Below, in pieces: positions 1-8,191 of a stretch of DNA of 44,739 bases. The translations under genes and the position numbers were made by a program. Origin of the DNA: a virus; UHGV virus genome UHGV-0135379; one strand, written 5' to 3'. The notes under the pieces are model-generated. The model had not been told where the DNA came from. It worked only from the letters and a program-made list of their open reading frames with translations, and made no database searches. How positions within the stretch are numbered: the stretch's first letter is position 1; every line of letters starts with the position of its first letter.

Positions 1-629
1 AGCTGCTGCTTACGCGCCTGCGCATAAACGAAGCTGTGCATCGCGATAGCGCCAAGCACTTCACCACCGTTACCCATCAGCGCATCGCCCATAGTCTGGG
101 TAGCATCGATGAACGCGCCGGAGTCGAAGCCCAGAGTAGCGGACACGTCAATAACCATGTCGTTCTGCTCGTGGTACGCATCGGTAGCCGCTACGTTATC
201 ATTGTACAGACCGAGCGCGGTAGCAATAAGACGGCGTTGTGCCTGACGCTGCCAGAAGTTATCCAGACGGGAAGCCACGGATTGCAGCGGATTCTGGCTG
301 GTCAGTTCTACCGTCAGGTCAGCCTGACCAAAACCTTCGTTCAGGTAAGCTACGCGAACATCCATCTCACCGGTTTGCACGTTACGCGGGGTGGCGACGT
401 CCTGATATACGTCGTTCGAGTAGTTCGGCTCGATAGAGGTATCAATAGCTTTCCAGTACGGCAGGACCGCTTTGTTGGACGGGCCGTTTGCGATAGCGGC
501 GGCATACGGAGTCGAGGTAAGGATACCGGACTGGAAGAACGCGGTTTTCTCTACCGGGTCCTCTGTCATGTAGGACAGGATTACCGATTCTTTACCAGTT
601 ACGATGTCGCCGATAGTAGTAATTGCCAT
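1..629 (-). CDS. Major capsid protein, N-terminal part (gene runs off the window start and continues in frame at 44319-44739)
   Basis: ATG at 629 overlaps scaffold stop (TAATG), RBS GAGGA upstream; frame open to position 1; follows scaffold gene. Confidence 0.7.
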   Translation of the reverse strand, partial: MAITTIGDIVTGKESVILSYMTEDPVEKTAFFQSGILTSTPYAAAIANGPSNKAVLPYWKAIDTSIEPNYSNDVYQDVATPRNVQTGEMDVRVAYLNEGFGQADLTVELTSQNPLQSVASRLDNFWQRQAQRRLIATALGLYNDNVAATDAYHEQNDMVIDVSATLGFDSGAFIDATQTMGDALMGNGGEVLGAIAMHSFVYAQARKQQ

Positions 630-1333
630 TATTTTTTCCTCAGGGCTTTAAGTTGCCGTTCAAATTCGGCAGGGTTCGATTCGTACAGAGCGATACGCTC
701 CGCTTCACTCATGTCTTTAAACGCTGGTGCGGCCCCGCCGCCTTTGCTACCGGAAGCCCCGCCGCCGGAAGCTGCATTTGCTTTAATCAAATGTGAAAAC
801 GCTTTGTGTTCTCGCAAGTATTTGCGGAACTGTTCCGGGTCAGTCGTGATTACGTTACCGTCTGCACCAACAAACTTAGTAACCACATCATCGCCTTCGA
901 ACTCAGTCTTAACGAACGGCGCAAGAATGTCCACTGCTTCTGGGGTAATAAAGTCACCCGCGAAAGAGCCTAGCACCGCTTTACGTTCGCTGCCGAGGAT
1001 ACGCTCTGCCATTCTGGAGATGCGACCGTCTTTCTCGGCTAACACCGGGTCATACTGGCTACGAATCGTCTTTTCGAACTCATCCATCTTACCAGCGGCT
1101 TTTAACGCCTCCTGGTGCGCGCGCTGCCGTTCTTCTTCGGCCTCTTTTGCTTTGCGAGCGGCTTCTTTCTTCTCCGCCAACAATGCTTCCTGATTAGCCT
1201 TAAGCCCGGCAACTTCTTTCTCAATCAGCGCCTGAACTTCTTCAGCAGTGAACATTTTCGGCGCATCACCGCCACCAGCTTTATCTTCTGCCCCAGCTTC
1301 TTCCTGGAACGGATAACGTAAAAAACGATTCAT
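629..1333 (-). CDS. Capsid scaffolding protein (234 aa from ATG at 1333; track ORF extends to a TTG at 1387)
   Basis: Ala/Glu/Lys-rich coiled-coil-like composition, lies between portal-side genes and capsid gene, stop overlaps capsid start. Confidence 0.65.
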   Translation of the reverse strand: MNRFLRYPFQEEAGAEDKAGGGDAPKMFTAEEVQALIEKEVAGLKANQEALLAEKKEAARKAKEAEEERQRAHQEALKAAGKMDEFEKTIRSQYDPVLAEKDGRISRMAERILGSERKAVLGSFAGDFITPEAVDILAPFVKTEFEGDDVVTKFVGADGNVITTDPEQFRKYLREHKAFSHLIKANAASGGGASGSKGGGAAPAFKDMSEAERIALYESNPAEFERQLKALRKK

Positions 1334-1415
1334 AGTCAGTATGTCCCCTGGACGTTGGAACCCGGGCCACCCGGATTTACATGTCAAGAATAAATTATTC
1401 CAACATGCAAGGCAA

Positions 1416-1679
1416 CTATTCCAGAATATTCCTCACGTAATCCTGCAACATGAACACTTTCAGCCGCAGCTGCCGTACGCATTCAGCGTTCTGAACGTCG
1501 ATAGCTAAATCCTCGTCAGCGTCGCTACTCGGCGGTGCCAGCTTGCACGGAGGCTGCATCATCGTCGTATCCGGGGATGGAATTGGCGTTTGCGACGGCG
1601 CGGGATTTGAGCAGGACGCGAGCATCATCGAAAGTGCACACGCTGCGACCAGGCGTTTTAATGTACTTAACGACTTCAC
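1416..1679 (-). CDS. o-spanin (Rz1-like outer-membrane lipoprotein), GTG start
   Basis: Signal peptide with lipobox LASC, Pro-rich mature part, starts inside the i-spanin ORF in another frame. Confidence 0.6.
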   Translation of the reverse strand: MKSLSTLKRLVAACALSMMLASCSNPAPSQTPIPSPDTTMMQPPCKLAPPSSDADEDLAIDVQNAECVRQLRLKVFMLQDYVRNILE

Positions 1680-1911
1680 GGGTGATTACCTCGGTTTCGG
1701 TCTTGCCTTTTGAGTCGGCGGCGGCGGCCTTTGATTCGTCCTGCTGCTGCCGTTGTGTTTTCTTCGCTAACTCAGCCTGCGCTTTCTGCTGTTGCTGCGA
1801 AACGAGATTCGCCCGGCCTTCGCTCCAGCCGCTGCGATACTGGTAAATGCCGTGGGCGTAAGCCAGGATGATGAAACATGCTCCCGCTACGACAGTTGCT
1901 TTAAGATTCAT
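1525..1911 (-). CDS. i-spanin (Rz-like)
   Basis: N-terminal TM helix then charged Gln/Ala/Lys-rich periplasmic region; ATG with AGGGGA RBS; embeds o-spanin start. Confidence 0.65.
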   Translation of the reverse strand: MNLKATVVAGACFIILAYAHGIYQYRSGWSEGRANLVSQQQQKAQAELAKKTQRQQQDESKAAAADSKGKTETEVITREVVKYIKTPGRSVCTFDDARVLLKSRAVANANSIPGYDDDAASVQAGTAE

Positions 1912-2011
1912 GTTTCCCCTTTCTCGATAAGTAAAGCCCTGCCTTAAAGCAGGGCGCTAGTCCTTATCATTTAAACATAGAAACGGCGTAATCTCAGTAA
2001 ACCCGTTACTT

Positions 2012-2164
2012 TTTACACAAGCAATAGAGTATGGCCCTTCCGAACGCGTCAGCGTAACTACACTCAGGACTTACGTCCCGCTCCGTTACCTGCCCGCGCC
2101 GCGGTCGCTTGTTCATACTTCACAAGCTCAGGTGGAGCTTAGCACATTTTTGGTGAAAAGTCAA
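2012..2164 (+). repeat. Copy A of a ~150-bp non-coding element (perfect 51-bp core at 2099-2149)
   Basis: About 85% identity to 14230-14376 with a perfectly conserved core; no ORF; followed by an AT-rich tract. Confidence 0.8.
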
Positions 2165-2230
2165 CTATTCGAATAGTTTATTCCAACATTTACAATTGAG
2201 TGGAATAACCGGAATACATAAACAAATAGT

Positions 2231-2259
2231 TTGCGCACCCCAATATAATAGGGTACTAT
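2231..2259 (+). promoter_or_regulatory. Promoter TTGCGC-N17-TACTAT carrying palindrome AATAG-GGTA-CTATT (2247-2260); drives lipoprotein moron
   Basis: Near-identical 30-bp element also at 4374-4402; 17-bp spacer; about 30 nt upstream of ATG 2287. Confidence 0.6.
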
Positions 2260-2286
2260 TCATTCTATCGAACCGGGGAGGCCGTC

Positions 2287-2388
2287 ATGTTAGTCGTTAT
2301 TTCAGTAGTAATTGCAGTTGATGCGGTGATGTTTCTTTGGGCTTGTAGCGGTATTGGTGACATTGACACGGGTAATGGTGAACTATGA
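2287..2388 (+). CDS. Small hydrophobic peptide (33 aa), first gene of the lipoprotein moron
   Basis: ATG with GGGGAGG RBS directly downstream of promoter 2231-2259; stop overlaps next start (ATGA). Confidence 0.4.
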   Translation: MLVVISVVIAVDAVMFLWACSGIGDIDTGNGEL

Positions 2389-2729
2389 AATATATTAAAT
2401 TAGCAGTAGCAGGTGTTGTAGCCGTTTGTTTGAGTGGTTGTGTAAGGTCGTTGCCAGACCCGGCTTTACAGGTTTATCAGGCAGGGGATACAACGGCAAC
2501 ATGTAATCAGTTACTATCGAGAATCGCCACGACAAAACAAGCTCAAGCCAACGCTACGCACCGTGTTAATAAGCAAATAGGTACTAACGTTGTACTCGGT
2601 GTTACAGGCGCATTCCTGATTGTTCCGCTGTTCTTTATGGACACAGGCGCTGGGCCTTCTATGGACGAGATGACAGCCGGTAATCGTCTGTCGCAGTTAC
2701 AACAAACATACGACGAGAAATGCAAATGA
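2385..2729 (+). CDS. Lipoprotein of unknown function (114 aa); moron, candidate superinfection-exclusion protein
   Basis: Signal peptide with lipobox LSGC; plus-strand gene inside minus-strand late region; AT-rich. Confidence 0.7.
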   Translation: MKYIKLAVAGVVAVCLSGCVRSLPDPALQVYQAGDTTATCNQLLSRIATTKQAQANATHRVNKQIGTNVVLGVTGAFLIVPLFFMDTGAGPSMDEMTAGNRLSQLQQTYDEKCK

Positions 2730-2790
2730 CAAATAGTGTGATGTTTTATGTTGTTTTGTGGGTATCGGCTGCGGTTATCACCGCGATGTT

Positions 2791-2820
2791 CATATAAAAA
2801 TAAAGCCCCTTTCGGGGCCT
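2791..2820 (-). terminator. Rho-independent terminator after the Ig-like gene
   Basis: GC hairpin (GCCCC-TTTC-GGGGC) followed by a T-run on the minus strand. Confidence 0.55.
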
Positions 2821-2824
2821 CTTA

Positions 2825-3283
2825 TCATTCGGGCTTAATAACCTTCGCCGCTTTACTGAAGGCCTCTACGCCATCGGCATCGGTAACTTTAACGAAGTAT
2901 TCACCCACCGCGTTAACCGTCAGAGACAGAGCCTCTGCAGGGGCGTTTACCACTTCCTTACCGTCTTTGTACCAGGTCAGCGCGTATGGTGCTTTACCGG
3001 CCTTAACTTCGACAGTGATAGTCGCGCTGCCGTCTGTCAGTTCTGTGTCTTTCGGTTGTACAGAGAGATACACATCGCCTGCGTCCGCCAGATACGGAAT
3101 CTCATAGAGCATACCGGCCGCAGGCAGCGCAATGCCGGTTTTATCCGCAAACGGCATGTCGTCTACCGGTGTACCTAGTACACTTTCATCTTCAATAAAC
3201 ACCACGTTCTCACCAGAGCCAGACACGCGGGCGTACTGGACTACGCGACGCGACGGTACATCAGTTACTTTGAAAAAGCCCAT
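2825..3283 (-). CDS. Ig-like (Big-type) domain protein, probable virion accessory or decoration protein
   Basis: C-terminal Ig-like segment paralogous to 43598-43948 (shared APY..WYKD motif); ATG with AAAGGGGA RBS; terminator follows. Confidence 0.6.
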   Translation of the reverse strand: MGFFKVTDVPSRRVVQYARVSGSGENVVFIEDESVLGTPVDDMPFADKTGIALPAAGMLYEIPYLADAGDVYLSVQPKDTELTDGSATITVEVKAGKAPYALTWYKDGKEVVNAPAEALSLTVNAVGEYFVKVTDADGVEAFSKAAKVIKPE

Positions 3284-3285
3284 CG

Positions 3286-4329
3286 TTATTCCCCTTTCAG
3301 ATAATCAGCAACACGTTTATCGAGTTCCGCCATCTGCTTAAGCGTCAGCGGATTCCCGAAACCATCTACAGATATTACGCGAAACTCTTCCGGCGATATA
3401 CCGCTGTTGCGGAAAATCTTACCTCGCACCGGGCCTAGAGCCTGGTCCTGAAACCATGCAGGTTGTTGTTTCAGGAACTCGTAGTAAGTGGTGTCCGCGC
3501 TTACCTGAGTACCGCCGTCCGCACCCTTAGCCGCACGTTTCGCACCTTTATCCAGGAAGTCGAACTCTGAACTGATTACAGGCGCAGTGGTGCTTCGGCA
3601 ATTCGGGTGTGCTGGGGGCATTGGCCCTTTACCGATTTCCCACGTCATCCCGTCTCTGGCTCTGCAAATAGTACTGGTGCGGCTGTCCAGCGTTGACACC
3701 CACTCGTACTTCTCGATGATGTCGTCGTTCTGGCGGTACGTCTCGTTACGTGCTTCGTTGGACACGTGAGACAGCGCGGTGCGGATTACTGTGGCTGCGT
3801 TACGTTCAGAGATGTCTGCCAGTCCGCCAGCGCCTACGACATTTTTAACAATCTGCCGTGTTGTCTGGCCTTGCACAAAACCCATCTTAACGCCGGTTAC
3901 AAGGCGAGAGACTTCTGTTTCACCCCAGCCGTCCATCAGCTTGGTGAAGTCTACTGGTTTGTCGCTTAGCGATAATGGTTGAAACTCCGCAGCAGCCCAC
4001 ACCTGCTCGGCGGTAGGTGTGATAAATTCTGCATTAACGTTAGTTGTCAGCGTTTTTACGTTCCACTCAGCCTCATATGTCGCCAGTTCCTTAAGGTCTT
4101 CTGTCAGCTTTGTTTGCCAGTCAACTGTAAGTCCTGCCAGTGCTTCTTCGAGGTCGCGTAACATTTTATTCAGTCGCGCGGTGCTGCGACCGTCGTCACC
4201 GAATAACAGCACCTGCCGTTTGATTTCGTCCCGCATTTCCTGAATAAACGGTGCAAGGTCTTTCACTTCTCCGGAAGCGGTTCGTTGCAGCCATATCTGG
4301 TGGCTGATTAAGGATGTAAGTAAGCTCAT
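3286..4329 (-). CDS. Head morphogenesis protein (phage Mu F-like / SPP1 gp7-like minor head protein)
   Basis: Conserved STLDSRTSTICRARDG-type motif; downstream of portal; ATG at 4329 with AGGAGGG RBS (track ORF extends to a TTG at 4386). Confidence 0.8.
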   Translation of the reverse strand: MSLLTSLISHQIWLQRTASGEVKDLAPFIQEMRDEIKRQVLLFGDDGRSTARLNKMLRDLEEALAGLTVDWQTKLTEDLKELATYEAEWNVKTLTTNVNAEFITPTAEQVWAAAEFQPLSLSDKPVDFTKLMDGWGETEVSRLVTGVKMGFVQGQTTRQIVKNVVGAGGLADISERNAATVIRTALSHVSNEARNETYRQNDDIIEKYEWVSTLDSRTSTICRARDGMTWEIGKGPMPPAHPNCRSTTAPVISSEFDFLDKGAKRAAKGADGGTQVSADTTYYEFLKQQPAWFQDQALGPVRGKIFRNSGISPEEFRVISVDGFGNPLTLKQMAELDKRVADYLKGE

Positions 4330-4373
4330 AAGCCCTCCTGTAGTATCGACAGTGTAACGCATAAAAATAATAT

Positions 4374-4402
4374 TTGCAGACACCAATATAATAGGGTACT
4401 AT
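4374..4402 (+). promoter_or_regulatory. Promoter TTGCAG-N17-TACTAT with AATAG-N4-CTATT box (4390-4403); drives the 63-aa moron
   Basis: Shares a 21-bp identical core with 2242-2262; correct spacing to ATG 4431. Confidence 0.6.
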
Positions 4403-4430
4403 TCAGTTATCGGAACGAGGAGATACATAA

Positions 4431-4622
4431 ATGTTATATTCTAAAGAATGGTATGAAATCATGGAATTATTCGAGAAGAACTGCAAGGGGCGCTTCCGCT
4501 TCGATCGTGAAACAAAAGAAATGTGGAAAATTGGTGCATACTATGAGAACGGTGAATGCAACGAATGGTTTAAAATGTATCTCGCGGGGTATATGGCGGG
4601 GCGAGCAGCGTACCTTAACTAA
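4431..4622 (+). CDS. Hypothetical 63-aa protein; moron with its own promoter and terminator
   Basis: ATG with GAGGAG RBS, promoter 4374-4402 upstream, hairpin plus T-run downstream; AT-rich; inserted between portal and head gene. Confidence 0.6.
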   Translation: MLYSKEWYEIMELFEKNCKGRFRFDRETKEMWKIGAYYENGECNEWFKMYLAGYMAGRAAYLN

Positions 4623-4627
4623 AAACT

Positions 4628-4652
4628 AAGGCCCCGTTATGGGGCCTTTTCT
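4628..4652. terminator. Bidirectional terminator between the 63-aa moron and the portal gene
   Basis: Hairpin AAGGCCCC-GTTA-TGGGGCCTT flanked by T-runs on both strands. Confidence 0.6.
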
Positions 4653-6125
4653 TCACTCCTGTTGTTGCCGCGCCGACTGCGGAATTTCTCCCGCTACCTG
4701 AGCAACAGAACCCAACGGCAGAGGTGCGTCTTCAATAGCGTTCTGAATGTCCTCATCTGTCCAGTCAGTCACACCTGCCTTGCGCAACGCAGCATAGTAA
4801 GCGGTGGCGGGTAGCAGGCCAGCGTTAATATCCGCCATCCACTGAGCGCGGTCCTGAGCTGTCATAGGTTGCAGGAAGAATTCCATATTCAGCTTGAACT
4901 CAATCTCAGTATCTTCACTAAGCCCAAGCATACCCGCAACCCAGCGCAACGCATCGGTATACGCCATGCTTACATTACGTGCTATTGTTGCCATGACTGA
5001 CGTGTCGGCGCCGCGTTGCAGGCGGGCCGATTCCGCGGTGATTTGCTGCGTCGGGGTGATAAGCTGCGCGCCAATCTGGATGGCCTGATTCTCTTTATCC
5101 CGCATATTCTGTTTGGCGAGGTTAGTTTCCGCCGCCTGAACCAGAAACGCATTTCCGCCGGAGCCGATGTTGTGGCCTGAACGCGACCCCATGCGTATGC
5201 CGTGTGGGTTGGCTTCTTTCCACTGCTCCATGCTCATGTTCTCGCCGGGGGCAATGAACAGTGTCGGTTGACCTACTATAAAGCTGGCCTCTTCCACATC
5301 GGCCGAATTTCTGAAGTGTCCTATATTTAGCTCAGCTAACGGCAGTAAAGGCGCATCGTCTATAGTGGCGTCGTTGTTGCTTGCGCCAATGAACGTGAAC
5401 GGGATTTTACCGCGCAACTGTTCGCCGAGTTCCGGGAAGATTTCGATTACTTCATCCTGTGCGCCACCTTCGGCATCGAAGCGGTAGATGCGCTGGCGGT
5501 AGCGACCGTCAATCAGGTCAAGGACGCGGTATTGCTCGCCGAATTTTGTTTCAAACTCAGCGCCTGGTTCCGAGTATTCCCATGCCTCACGCAATACAAC
5601 CATCGTCACGCGGTTCACTGAACCGATGCGGGTGAGTCTCCAGTTGATAATGTTCTCCGCGGTATAGAATGCGATTACCGGGTTTAATAATCCCGCGTTC
5701 TGCTCTGCCGCCGTTGCTGCGGCTGTTTCCGGGGCGTCCACCAGCAACCCGCCACGGCCTATCGAGTTAATCTCCATCAGCGTATCCTGCGCGTGCTGCC
5801 ACAGCCCGACACCTGAACCGTCAGCGTTGTGCAACAGGTACTCAAGTTCAGGCGGGATAATCTGCTCAGGGTCTTTGCGCATCACTGACCCCGTCATCCC
5901 CGCCAGCGTGCGTTTGGTGAAATTGTAGCAGATAGCGCCGTTCTCGTATTCTTCCTGTCGCTGTGCTGCGTAGGTCTGGTCAGGCTCGTTCTTCCCGACG
6001 TTGCGCAGATAGCGGATAAGGTCGCCTTCAAGAGCGTGGCGTACCTTCTGCCATTTATCGAAGTGATGCAGCCATTCCCGGTGTTTTGTCTTAACACCCT
6101 GATTCTGACCGTTCATAGTTAACAT
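4653..6125 (-). CDS. Portal protein
   Basis: 490 aa, directly downstream of terminase large subunit; ATG with AGAGGA RBS. Confidence 0.8.
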   Translation of the reverse strand: MLTMNGQNQGVKTKHREWLHHFDKWQKVRHALEGDLIRYLRNVGKNEPDQTYAAQRQEEYENGAICYNFTKRTLAGMTGSVMRKDPEQIIPPELEYLLHNADGSGVGLWQHAQDTLMEINSIGRGGLLVDAPETAAATAAEQNAGLLNPVIAFYTAENIINWRLTRIGSVNRVTMVVLREAWEYSEPGAEFETKFGEQYRVLDLIDGRYRQRIYRFDAEGGAQDEVIEIFPELGEQLRGKIPFTFIGASNNDATIDDAPLLPLAELNIGHFRNSADVEEASFIVGQPTLFIAPGENMSMEQWKEANPHGIRMGSRSGHNIGSGGNAFLVQAAETNLAKQNMRDKENQAIQIGAQLITPTQQITAESARLQRGADTSVMATIARNVSMAYTDALRWVAGMLGLSEDTEIEFKLNMEFFLQPMTAQDRAQWMADINAGLLPATAYYAALRKAGVTDWTDEDIQNAIEDAPLPLGSVAQVAGEIPQSARQQQE

Positions 6126-6137
6126 TGAATAATCCTC

Positions 6138-7409
6138 TTAAAGTGCGAAAGTCACCGGGACGTTAATAACTGGTTTGCGAATCGGCATTTCATACGCGAT
6201 AGGGTATGTGGTTCCATCATTCTGGTGGTCCACACCGCCTGATTTATCCGGTTCGCCGTTCTTGTCGTAAGCCTGTTGCTCCAGGCATCGTGCGGTAACA
6301 GGGCAAGCCTGTTCATTAATCATGACCATACCAGATTCAAGCGCCTTATTCATCGCCGCTACGCGGTCTTTAACCGGTGGGTTTGTCGATTTAGCGCGCA
6401 CTTCGAAGCCGGCCTGCTGTAACTGGGCAATATCAGATGTGCTGGCGTTGTTACTTTTACGGTTTTTACCGCTTGCGTCGGGGTACATAACGATATAGTG
6501 GCCATTACTTTTCCAGCGCTCTGTTACGGCTCTCACCACATCGGGCGTATCGAACATATCCACCAACTCGGCGACTGCATGCCAGACTTTGCCACGTTGC
6601 ACGTAAACTGTACTAGCCATGTGGCCTACGTTAAAGTCCTGCCCGATATACAGAGTCTCGCCTGGTTTTATTGTTTCGCGGCTGCTGTTTTTCCTGCGGC
6701 CATAGGCGTAATAGACAGTCCCCGCCGTCAGGTTGACGAACTCGCCGTTGATGTAGGCGTCAATCAACTGACCTGGGTATGTGTCGCGTAACGACTGCAC
6801 ATAATCTTCTGGCAGGAACGGGTTAGACAGGGTGGACGCCTGAATCATCTCGTAGCCTGGATTCTTTTTGACTACCCAGCGGTCATGTACGAAACGGAAT
6901 CCTTCCGGGGTAGTGAACACGGAAACGGTATTAGCAGGTTTCGGTGTAATAGGTTTATATGTCCGCGGCAACTGGCGGTTACGGGCGATGACTTTGTTCC
7001 ACGCGTGCTCGGCGTGCTCCATGTTAAGGGTGTCCAACTCGTCGATTTTCGCACGAAACGATTCGTAGCCAACGATTCGTGCTGGATTATCAAGTGTACG
7101 CAGAACAAAATCCCCAAATTGTCCGGAAGACGTATAGATTATGTTGTCAGACTTGTTGTATTTGTACCGGATACCCCAGTCGGTGAGCTTTTCTTCCATA
7201 CGCGGTGCAAGGATGAGGCGCACCAGGTCATAAGTCGGCTCATACATGGCGATGATAGAATCGCTACCACCTTCCATGCTGTCGAGTAGTGCAGAGTTGC
7301 ACATAACTTCGGATTTACCCGTACCGAAGCCAGCTACGAATGCCGGAAACTTGCAATGCATACCGAGAAACGCGCCTTGCGGCTCCGTTGCCGTGATATT
7401 AACGTTCAC
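6138..7409 (-). CDS. Terminase large subunit (GTG start at 7409; alternative ATG at 7361)
   Basis: Walker A FVAGFGTGKS, ATPase then nuclease-like C-terminal half; AAGGTGG RBS before the GTG. Confidence 0.85.
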   Translation of the reverse strand: MNVNITATEPQGAFLGMHCKFPAFVAGFGTGKSEVMCNSALLDSMEGGSDSIIAMYEPTYDLVRLILAPRMEEKLTDWGIRYKYNKSDNIIYTSSGQFGDFVLRTLDNPARIVGYESFRAKIDELDTLNMEHAEHAWNKVIARNRQLPRTYKPITPKPANTVSVFTTPEGFRFVHDRWVVKKNPGYEMIQASTLSNPFLPEDYVQSLRDTYPGQLIDAYINGEFVNLTAGTVYYAYGRRKNSSRETIKPGETLYIGQDFNVGHMASTVYVQRGKVWHAVAELVDMFDTPDVVRAVTERWKSNGHYIVMYPDASGKNRKSNNASTSDIAQLQQAGFEVRAKSTNPPVKDRVAAMNKALESGMVMINEQACPVTARCLEQQAYDKNGEPDKSGGVDHQNDGTTYPIAYEMPIRKPVINVPVTFAL

Positions 7410-7908
7410 CGGACACCACCTTAATTGTTACTTCGCTGATTGGATCGTCGCGTACTTCTTCGGCGACAACTGTTTTATTCAGGCCCAGTTTCGCGGCAGC
7501 AAACGTAGCAGAGATGCCCGCGGCCCCCGTTTCAGTGAAGTATGCCTCTTCCAGCGCCTGTGCTGTCTCCCAGGCTTCTGCAAATGCGGGAATCTCACGC
7601 AGCCAAAGCTTAATAATCGGGATAGTGACTCCGATGTGTAAGGCGAAGCGGGCCAGTGACGGTGGTTTATCCTGAATCAGCGGGCGTTCGTCACCCTTAG
7701 ACGTAGGCACAAGCTCCCACGACGTGCGGTCGAAGAACTCGATTAGTGCATCGCAATAGCCCGGGTCCCACAACGCGGCGGAATTACGGGATGATTGATA
7801 AAGGCTCTGTTTACCGCGCGGTCGTTTACGGCGGCGGTTTGCGCTAACAGCTTCTTCATGTGCAGCTTGTACCACCTCTGGTGATGGCTGCTTAAGTTTC
7901 AGCTTCAT
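7399..7908 (-). CDS. Putative terminase small subunit (169 aa from ATG at 7908)
   Basis: Immediately upstream of and overlapping terL; basic N-terminus; AAGGGGA RBS. Confidence 0.55.
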   Translation of the reverse strand: MKLKLKQPSPEVVQAAHEEAVSANRRRKRPRGKQSLYQSSRNSAALWDPGYCDALIEFFDRTSWELVPTSKGDERPLIQDKPPSLARFALHIGVTIPIIKLWLREIPAFAEAWETAQALEEAYFTETGAAGISATFAAAKLGLNKTVVAEEVRDDPISEVTIKVVSGER

Positions 7909-7999
7909 AGAATCCCCTTGCATATGCGTCTGACCATCAGAGCGCACCAGACGCGCCCTACGCGTCTAAATGGATTATATAAGGGGATTGGGCGGGATG

Positions 8000-8026
8000 T
8001 ACAGAAAAGCCCTCCGTAGAGGGCTT
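8000..8026 (-). terminator. Terminator-like hairpin closing the leftward small-ORF block before terS
   Basis: 8-bp stem AAGCCCTC/GAGGGCTT followed by TTTTCT on the minus strand. Confidence 0.5.
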
Positions 8027-8035
8027 GTGGGTTGG

Positions 8036-8191
8036 TTATTCTGTTATATCGCCGCCGTCTACCAGTGCGATTGGTATTCTCACTTCACCGTTGAATGTTT
8101 CGGCATACCAGAACTTTTCACACTGCGTTACGCTGAAAACATCGAGTTCTGACGTAGCCCCTGTTTTCCAGTAGATAGTTAACTTTTTCAT
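8036..8191 (-). CDS. Hypothetical protein (51 aa)
   Basis: ATG with AAAGAGGAGAG RBS, start overlaps upstream stop (ATGA); hairpin terminator follows. Confidence 0.45.
   Translation of the reverse strand: MKKLTIYWKTGATSELDVFSVTQCEKFWYAETFNGEVRIPIALVDGGDITE

Noticed and set aside
36-1193. 385-aa plus-strand ORF spanning the capsid and scaffold region
   Set aside because: Antisense to two well-supported, translationally coupled structural genes; low-complexity Ser/Arg/Ala-rich product; no RBS.
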